Below are positions 1 through 8,500 of a stretch of 64,000 nucleotides of DNA, piece after piece. The notes beneath the pieces are model-generated. The model saw only the letters and a program-made list of their open reading frames with translations, had not been told where the DNA came from and made no database searches. The position numbers were made by a program, and so were the translations under genes. The DNA comes from Dehalococcoidia bacterium (GTDB taxonomy: Bacteria > Chloroflexota > Dehalococcoidia > UBA2979): the NCBI GenBank assembly GCA_965262725.1, contig OZ253555.1, positions 2,368,001 through 2,432,000 on the forward strand, read 5' to 3'. The stretch's first letter is position 1. Each line of letters opens with the position of its first letter.

Positions 1-276
1 GCTCGTCGGCGAAGGGGTTGTCCTTCAGTACGACGTCGATGCGCAGGGCGCCGCCGGCGGCGGAGACAAAGCGCGCCGCGGCTCCCCGCGGCCCACCCGG
101 CGGAGCACCCGTACTGAAGGGCCGGCTCGGTCCGGATGCGCTCGCGACGGTCGGGTATTCGGCGGACGCGGTCGTCAGCGCGTCGAGCTGCTCGAGTGGA
201 AGGCGAACAGGCCCGCGATGAGTAGCGCCAGCGCCGCCATCGTGGCCGCGAGGGGCTCGCGCCGCCACCGCAGCAT
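1..276 (-). pseudogene. 5' part of a probable exported protein running off the window edge, with an apparent frameshift near 197
   Basis: ATG at 276 gives signal-like MLRWRREPLAATMAALALLIAGLFAF, then a stop at 175. An alternative frame from ~197 stays open to position 1 (LEQLDALTTASAEYP...LRIDVVLKDNPFADE). Confidence 0.35.
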
Positions 277-399
277 GACGCCGCCGGCCGTAGATGCTGC
301 GCCGCCAGTCCTCGCGGGTCGGCGACCTCTCGCCCGCCGCCGGGTCGAGTAGCCCGGTACCATGCCGACGCGCGCCGGCACGCGGATGAGGGTAGACAC

Positions 400-1569
400 G
401 TGCTCGATATGCGGTCGCGGAAGCCAGCACCGCAACTCGCTGTCATCGACTGCGAGACGACAGGCCTGGGCCGACATGACCGGATTGTCGAAATCGCCGT
501 GCTCACGCTCGACCCGCACTCATGGGAAACACTGGACGAGTACGACACGCTCATCAACCCTGAGAGGGATGTCGGTCCGGTGGAGTTGCACGGGATCACG
601 GCCTCGATGGTGGAGGCAGCCCCTACGTTCGCCGAAGTCGCGGCCCCACTGGCCCGTCGACTGCACGGGGCGGTCCTGATCGCGCACAACATCAGCTTCG
701 ACACGCGAATGCTCGGCTACGAGTTCACGCGGCTCCATGTGGAGTTTGGTGCCGGTTCGGGTCTGTGCACGCTGAGGGCGACCCGGGAGAAGCTCGGTGC
801 CGCATGCCGCAGGCACGGCGTCGCGCTCGACAACGCGCACCGGGCGCTTGCCGATGCCCGTGCTACTGCTGCACTCGGGCGGAAGGTATTGACAGGCGAG
901 GAGCGAGACGCCGCGGCAGCGACGGTCGGATACCTCTCCCATAGCCCCGCTCCGCGGACCCTCAGGCGCGCAGGGGCGGATGCGGGGATCAGCGAAATGG
1001 CGCGCATCATTTCGCTCGCGCACTACCCATACTCCGACGAAGCCCTGCTCCAATACCTTGATGCACTGGACTGGGTGCTGGACGACCACCATATCGACGA
1101 GGAGGAACATGCAGCGATCAGAGACCTGGCGAAGACACTAGGCATCTCCGACAAGGCGCGCGAGGATGCTCACCGTTCGTACCTCGCCTCGATCATCGCT
1201 GCCGCCGAGCGCGACGGCATCGTCACGGAAGCCGAGCAGCGACTCATCAGCCGAACCGCAGCCGCACTGGAGATCACGGACGTAGCCATTCCCGACGTGA
1301 CCGGCCTGCCGTCCGGTAGCCGGTTGCGTCCGGGCATGCGCGTCTGCTTCACGGGCAACGCTCCCGAGACCCCCCAGGCTTGGCTGGAGGAGCATGCGGC
1401 GTTCGCCGGTCTGCAACCTGTTGACCGCGTGACGAAGCGGGGCTGCGACTTGCTGGTAGCGGCGGACACCGCCAGCCAGTCGGGGAAGGCACGTGCAGCA
1501 CGGAGTTACGGCGTTCCTGTGCTGGCGGTATCTGACTTTCTGGCTCAGATCGGGGCGGCAGTCCCATGA
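400..1569 (+). CDS. DEDDh 3'-5' exonuclease (DnaQ-like) fused to TerB-like helices and a C-terminal BRCT domain
   Basis: Exo motifs VIDCETTG, AHNISFD, HRALADA. Two DxxIxExE TerB-like segments. BRCT-like RVCFTG...CDLLVAAD..SGKARAARSYGVPV. ATG at 409 is a possible start. Confidence 0.85.
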   Translation: MLDMRSRKPAPQLAVIDCETTGLGRHDRIVEIAVLTLDPHSWETLDEYDTLINPERDVGPVELHGITASMVEAAPTFAEVAAPLARRLHGAVLIAHNISFDTRMLGYEFTRLHVEFGAGSGLCTLRATREKLGAACRRHGVALDNAHRALADARATAALGRKVLTGEERDAAAATVGYLSHSPAPRTLRRAGADAGISEMARIISLAHYPYSDEALLQYLDALDWVLDDHHIDEEEHAAIRDLAKTLGISDKAREDAHRSYLASIIAAAERDGIVTEAEQRLISRTAAALEITDVAIPDVTGLPSGSRLRPGMRVCFTGNAPETPQAWLEEHAAFAGLQPVDRVTKRGCDLLVAADTASQSGKARAARSYGVPVLAVSDFLAQIGAAVP

Positions 1570-1798
1570 CCACACGAGTGCGCTGACCGGCACCGACGGA
1601 GCGCGTGCTGGGCAGCAACACGACGTTCGACCCGGACGTAGCGACGGGCAGGGGTCTGCGCCCGGAGCCGCGGTCCTACATCGCCAGCGCGCCCGGCTTC
1701 GTGGGCGAGCCGGAGTGGACCGCAGGCAGACCTCCGCTCGCTAGCCCTGAGCCGGCAGACCAGGCGGGGCGAGACGGGTCGTGCCCGATCCGTGTCAC

Positions 1799-2176
1799 TC
1801 AGCGGAGCGCCGCCTGGACGAGCGCCCCACAGGCATCAAGTGCCTCGGACACCGGCAGCTCACCAACGCTGAACCAGCGTACGTCGGTGTGCTCCGCGGG
1901 TGCCGCATTCGCGGGCTCGCCGTCCCACCAGAGGACCGCGTAGACATGGATGACCGCGGGCTCGATCGGGCCGTGTATCTGCCCGAGTCGCCTGCACGTC
2001 CGCACGTCAGTGCCGAGCTCTTCGCGGGCCTCGCGGCGCGGGGCCTCCTCCAGGTCTTCACCTCTCTCGACGTGCCCGCCGAACAGGTCCCACACGTCCG
2101 GGAGGACACGAACCCACGGGGCCCGGTGTACGAGCAACAGCGAACCGTCCCTCACCACGGCTCCCGCGCGACACAC
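1799..2176 (-). CDS. NUDIX hydrolase
   Basis: Nudix box GGHVERGEDLEEAPRREAREELG and C-terminal EHTDVRWF. Start uncertain. Confidence 0.8.
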   Translation of the reverse strand: MCRAGAVVRDGSLLLVHRAPWVRVLPDVWDLFGGHVERGEDLEEAPRREAREELGTDVRTCRRLGQIHGPIEPAVIHVYAVLWWDGEPANAAPAEHTDVRWFSVGELPVSEALDACGALVQAALR

Positions 2177-2384
2177 ACGGCCGGCGCATCACTCACGGCC
2201 AGGGACTCCTCAGAACGCGAGGGGCGGATGGCTGCGCCTGACCGCGCACGAGAGAGGGCGGCACCCGGCGCCGGGGCCCCGGGAGACGGTCGTGGCTGGA
2301 GGATGGGCGCGGACACGTGTGCCGGGGAGTCATCCTGAGCACCGTCACGTCCGGCCGGCGGGCCTCGGTAGCCAACGGAGATGG

Positions 2385-2562
2385 CAACACCCCGCGTCGA
2401 CCACTCATCGGAGAGGGCCGTCCGCAGCGTCCCCGCATGAACGCGCCGCTCCTGGTCCGCCCGCCCGTCCGTGAAGGCCACGCCCTCCTCACCGAGCAGC
2501 TCCACCGGATCGCGCGTGTCCGAGGCGTCGCCCCAGGTGAAGCCCTCGGCGAAGCGGCCATT
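2385..2562 (-). pseudogene. C-terminal fragment of an Atl1/YbaZ (MGMT-like DNA-binding) domain
   Basis: Reads NGRFAEGFTWGDASDTRDPVELLGEEGVAFTDGRADQERRV, resembling the LLxxEGVxF tail of alkyltransferase-like proteins. It has no 5' part and begins right after the stop of the giant gene. Confidence 0.4.
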
Positions 2563-2586
2563 CTCAGTTATCCGAGGCGTCGCCCC
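2519..2586. repeat. 16-bp direct repeat TCCGAGGCGTCGCCCC
   Basis: Exact copies at 2519-2534 and 2571-2586, straddling the 3' end of the S8 gene. Confidence 0.85.
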
Positions 2587-5500
2587 CGTCCCCGCCTGCC
2601 TGCCCCTCGCTCTTGGTGATGAACGGCGTTGCCGCGGGGACGCCGCTCGCGAACAGCTCGCGGAAGGACCGGTTCACGAACTCGGGCGCGCCGAGGATGT
2701 AGGGAACGTACTCGCCCTCGTGCAGGGCGTAGACGACGGTGACATCGTGGCTCTGTGCGCACGCCTCGAGGTCCTTGACGCTGCCGCCCTCGTAGAGCAC
2801 GAGGCTGAAGCCGACGGCGATCTCGCCGCTCAGGCAGTCCGGCCCGAACTCCGGCACGTCGTCACTCGCAGGCGCGGGGGAGGGCGACCCCTCGTTCTTC
2901 GCAATCAGCGGCGTGAAGGAGGGGAGGCCGTCGGCGTAGAGCTCACGGAAGGACCGGTTCACGAACTCGGGCGCGCCGAGGATGTAGGGCAGGTATCCGC
3001 CGTCGTGCAGGGTGTAGAGGGTCGTGACGTGGCGGCTCTGCGCGCAGGCGACGAGGTCCTCGACGCTGCCAGCCGCGGAGATAACGAGACTGAAGCCGAC
3101 GGCGATGCTCCCGCTCAGGCAGGCGGGCGCCGCCAGTTGCTCCGCCGCGCCGCCGATGCGCACGCGGTAGACGCGCATGCGGCTCTCGTCGGGGGAGGTG
3201 ACGGTGACGGTGATCTCCTCGAGCCCGTCCAGCGCCACCTGGTGGCCGTCGGCGACCTCGTCGGCGTCGAGGGGGTCGATGACGACCCTCGCGCGGCTCT
3301 GCGCGGGCCGGGCCTCGACCGTCGTCTGCGTCGCGCCGTCGGCGGCGACGCCCTCGTACTCGGCCTGGCTGCGTGAGAACTCGCCGATCTCGACATCGCT
3401 GAGCGCAAGCGATACCAGCCGGGCGTCGATCGCGTCGGGCATGTTGTAGGTGTAGACCCTGCCGTCGCTCTCGTCGGCGACGTACATCACGTCGCCGTCC
3501 GACCAGAGGCCGCGCGGGCTGTTGTTGCTGACGCGGGGGAGCTTCCAGAACTCCTCATCGCGCACGCGCTCGAGTTCGAGGTCCTCTTCCTCGTCCGCGC
3601 TCGTGTCCTCCTCCTCGAGCGAGGGCAGGCGGTAGGCGAAGAGGCGCTTGTCGTTGTGGTCGGAGACCCAGACGCTGACGCCGTCGGACCAGATGCCGTG
3701 CGGGTCGTCGTTGTCGGAGTCGAGAGCGTACCCCGCGAGCAGCTCGCCGCTCTCCAGGTCGTAGCCGAAGAGGGCGTTGTCGCGGCCATCGAGGACCCAC
3801 AGCGTCGAGCCGCCGGACCAGATGCCGCGCGGGTCGTCGTTGTCGGGGTGCAGTGCGAGATCGGAGTCGGGGAGGCGCTCGCCGCTACCCAGGTCGTGTG
3901 CGAAGAGCTTGTCCTTGCCGCTGTCGGAGATCCAGATGGTTGTGCGGTCGGACCAGACCCCACGAGGCGCGAGGTTGGCGTCGTCGAGCTCGAACTCGAG
4001 CTCCTGGACGCGCTCGCCGCTGGCGAGGTCGTAGGCGTAGACGGCGTCGGCGGCGCCGTCGCCGTTCTCGGCGAGCCAGAGCGTCGTGCCGTCGGACCAG
4101 GAGCCGGTGGGGACATCGTGGCCGCCGTCGAGCTCCTCGATGTCGCGCGTGACGTTCCACTCGAACTCGATCTCGCTCGGGGTGGGACCGGACGGCCCGC
4201 CGCCGCCGCCCCCGCCGATCACAGTCACGGTCACCGGCGGCGTGACCGGAGTCGCGCTCACCTCGATGGTGACGTCGATCGTCGCCTCGCCGCCGTCCGG
4301 GTCGCGGGCGACGACCGTCACGAGATGCTCGGGCTGGGCTGCCGCATCGAGCACCATCCCGGCGACAAGGATCTGCCCCGTGTGCCGTGCAATCCGGAAG
4401 AAGGGGGCGCCAGTACCGCGCAGCGAGTAGCTGAGTTCCAGTGGCTCGTGGTCGACGTCGCTGGCGGTCACGGGTGCGCCGACGGGGTCTCCGTTCCGAT
4501 CGGTCTCGGCGACGACGCGCTCGGCGGTCTGCGCGTCGAACGACGGCGAGTCGTTGACCGATTCGACCGACACGTGCACCGTCGCGCCGGCACGCGGGTT
4601 GCGGCCGTCGGAGATCGTGTAGGTGAAGCTGTCGATCCCGTTCGTGTCGGGGTTCGGCGTGTAGGTGAAGGTGCTGTCGGCGTTGAGGACGGCTGTGCCG
4701 CTGCGCGGCGCCGACCCCGGCGAGACCGTCAACGTCTTGTCCTCGGGGTCCTCGTCGTTGCGCAGCACGTCGATGGTCGTGGCAACGTCCTCGACCGTGG
4801 CCACCTCGTCGTTCTTCGCCACCGGCGGCTCGTCCACGTCGGTGATCGCGATGGTGACGGTCGTGCTGTCGCTGTCGTCGGACGGGTCGGTCGCGGTCAC
4901 GAAGACGGAGTAGCTATCGCGGGTCTCGTGGTCGATCATCACGCTTGCGGCGACGCGGATCTGGCCGCTGGAGCCATCGATCGTGAAGCTGCCGCCATCC
5001 GTTCCCGACAGGGTGTAGGCGAGCACGTCGTTGTCGTCGTCCGTGGCCCGTACCCGCGCCCCCACGGCTGTGTCTTTGCCGGAGTTCTCGTCGACCGAGC
5101 GCTCCATCATGGAACTCGCGAACTCGGGTGGGTGGTTCGCCGGCGGCGCGGGCTGGGTCTGATGGTCCGTGGTCTCCTCCTCGCCCTTGTTCGGGCCGTG
5201 TCCGTCGGTGTACTCGACGGTCACGCGCAGGCGGCGGTTGAGGTCGTCATCCACCGGCGTGTACTGCCAGCCCGTGGCGCCGCCGATGGGCGTCCACGTA
5301 CCCCCGTCGAGGCGCTGCCAGCTCCAGGACTCCCCGGAGATGCGGCCGTCGAGGTCCGTCAGCGTGGCGGTGAGCGTGGTCCCGACCTGCGGCTGCTCCG
5401 AGGAGAGGGTGAGTGTGCCCGCTTCGTCCTCGTTGGTGACGGTAACGGTGACGCCGAATGTGGCGGTGTTTTCGACATCGGCGGCCTCGATCGTGACCTG

Positions 5501-8500
5501 GTACTCGTTGTCGCGATTGCTGTCGGCGGCTGTTTCGAAGTCGGGGATGTTGGCGAAGCCGAGGACGCCGTTGGTCAAGCTGAAGTCACCGGCGTCGGGG
5601 CCGGAGAGGGAGACGATGACGGTACCGCGTTCGGGATCGCTCGCGGAGTAGGAGCCGAGCGTCCCCCTGTCGTTCTCGGCGAACTCGATCATGCTGTCGC
5701 CCGTGATGATGGGGGCTTCGTCGACGTCTGTGACCGTGACCTTCACGGCGAACGTGCCCGTGTAGTTCTGGTCCGAGGCGCGCAGGGTGACGTCGTAGGT
5801 GTTGTCGCGGCCGACGTCGGCCGGGGCGTCGTAATCGGGCACGTTGACGAAGCGCAGCTCGCCCGACGTGTCGTCGAACTCGAAGGCGGCCGCGTCCGGG
5901 CCGGCGAGTGTCTCCCAGGCCGAGGGCTGTCCTTCCGGGTCGGTCTGCGTGTAGCTGCCGATGAACACCGTGCCGTTTTCCTCGATAGTGACGTGGGCGG
6001 GACCATCTATCTCGGGGGCCTCATCGGCGTCCGTGGGCCTGACCAGCACATCGAGGCTCCCGCTGCCGAAGGCATCGGATGCAAGGACGCTAACCTCGTA
6101 GACGTCGTCCTCATTGTGGTCGTCGACGTCTTCGTAGTTGGGTCGCTGCTTGAATGTCAGCTGGCCTGATTCGTTGATCTTGAAGAGCTCGCCATCGTCG
6201 CCTCCGACGTCGAATTCGACTGGATCCTCAGGCTTCTCCGGGTCGACGCCCACGTAGGTGCCGACGGTCCCCACGCTGTCTTCGGGGAAGTCCAGATCGG
6301 TCGGGCCCGTGACGATCGGCGGTTCCTCCTGGTCCGTCACCGTGATCTTGACCATGAGTTCCCGGCTGGAGCGGATGCCGTCGGAGATGCTCACCAGGAC
6401 CTCGTAGAGGTTGTCCCGGTCGCTGTCCGTCGGGTTCTCGAAGTCGGGCGGGGTGACGAACCTCAGCTCGCCGTCCTCTTCCTCGCCGTTGTCGATGTCG
6501 CCGTCGTCCCCGTGGCTGAAGAGGCCGATGTCCGGCCCCACGAAGGCGATGGTCATCTGGTCGCCTTCGCGGTCCATGCCTACGTACTCTTCCACCTTCC
6601 CCTCAACGTTCTCGGTGACCGTGAAGCTCTCGCGGCCCTGGATGCTGGGAGGGTCGTTCTCATCCAGGACGTCGATGACCACGTCGACGGAATCGTCGAC
6701 TGCCGGGTCGGGCACGCCGCTCCTGTGCCTGTTGTCGCTCACGTGGACGGTGACGCGGTACTGGTTCGTTGTTTCGTAGTCGAGCGCGGTCTTTCTGAAC
6801 AATTGGCCGGTCGACGGATCGATGTCGAGGATGTCGTCGCTGACTCCCGTGAGGGTGTAGGTCAGGGAGTTGTCGTCGGGGTCGACGGCGCCGACAGGCT
6901 CCCCGATGTTCGGGCTGGCCTGGTGCTCGCCGATGCTGCGGACGCCCGACTCGGTCGCGGGAAACACGGAATCGACGTTCACGGGGGCAGGCGTGCCGGT
7001 GCTTGTCGCGGACCAGGGGCCGTCCCCTGCGCTGTTGGCGGCGCGCACCTGCACGTCGTACTTCACGCCATTGGTGAGGTTGGTGACGGAGGCGCGCGTG
7101 TGGACGTCGCCGCTGCGCCACGCTCCAGTCGACACGATCCAGTTGTCGTCGGCCTTGTCGCTCGCATCGCTGCGGATACGGCGAATGTCGTAGCGCTGGA
7201 TGTCGGCGCCGCCATCGCTGGCCGGCGGCTCCCACGCGACGACGAGCCCCTCGTCGCTGTCCGTGACGACGATGTTCGTGGGGACTCCCGGCGCAGCCGC
7301 GACGCTGCCGACGACAGTCTCCGACCAGGGGCCACCGCCTGAGCTGTTGACCGCCCGGACCTGGACGTCGTACCGAACGGCAGGGGTCAGGCCCGTGAGG
7401 TCGTACGAGAGGGTGCCGGAGGTCCAGGCGCTCGTGACCTCGGTCCAGTGGGAGTCCGCCTTGTCCGCAGCGTCGCTGCGGATGTATCGCACGTCGTAGG
7501 AGGTGATGGGAGATGTACCGGTGTTGCCGGGAACGGTCCAACTGACCGCCAGGGAGCCGCCGACGGTGGTGCCGGATGGGGTTGCGAGGAACCCGGGCTT
7601 CTGGCTGTGTCCGTACACCTTCAGGCGGAAGTTCCTGAGTATCCCGTCCTTGTCGGCAGCCTCATCGGTGATGCGCAGTTTCCACTCACCGTCGGGGCTC
7701 TCCCCCAGGTGCTTCGCCGAACCGAAGCGGAGCGCGCCCCAGTGAGGTTCCCGGAGCAGGTCGCCAAAGTAGTCTCGGACCTCTCCGGAGTGCAGCAGTT
7801 GGGACGTGGCGCCCGATGGGGATTCCAACTCGATCTTGAGGTCCCGAATACTCGAGTGATCGAGATTGATGGTGATTTCAACGAACTCGATAAAGTCGAC
7901 ATCACTGTCGGGGAAGGTCACCGTACGCGTATAGGGCGTGTGGAGGGTATCAATGGCCACATCGGGGCCGTCCCACGTCGCCTCGGCGCTTCGCATGGTG
8001 GGCACGTTGGTGGTCCACCCCTTGGCGAGAGTGACCGCGGCGCCGGCATCGACAACGCCGAAGCCGTATTTGTGGTTGAACGAGTAGTAGTCGGTGTCGG
8101 ATCCGTAGCGCAGTGCGCCCTGCTCCCAGCCACCGTCGCCCGCATGGTTCTTGCGCGCCGAAGCGGCCAGGATCAGCTTCACGTCGCGCCAGGTCAGATT
8201 CGGGCTGGCGGACCGCATCAGTGCGACCACGCCGGACACGATGGGCGTGGCCGCCGAGGTACCGCCGAAGTTGTCCCTGTAGAGCCCCGGCCTGAAATCA
8301 CTACCGTCGCTACCGAAGCCGAGGGTGGCCCCCTCGGCCGTCGTCGTGATGCCCGGCTGACTCACTCCGTTTGACGGGGCGCACACCCACAGGTTGGCGC
8401 CCGGTTCTGAGTAGATGCTCCTCACGTCGTTGTAGTTGACCGCGCAGACAGCCGTCACGCCATAGAAGTTCACGTACCCGTCCAGGTTGGAGTTGTCGTT

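Noticed and set aside
3656-6169. Long ORFs antisense to real genes (3656-6169, 19203-21233, 39291-41435) or bridging them out of frame (46696-48687, 52016-53650)
   Set aside because: High-GC shadow frames with no recognisable motifs, overlapping well-supported genes.
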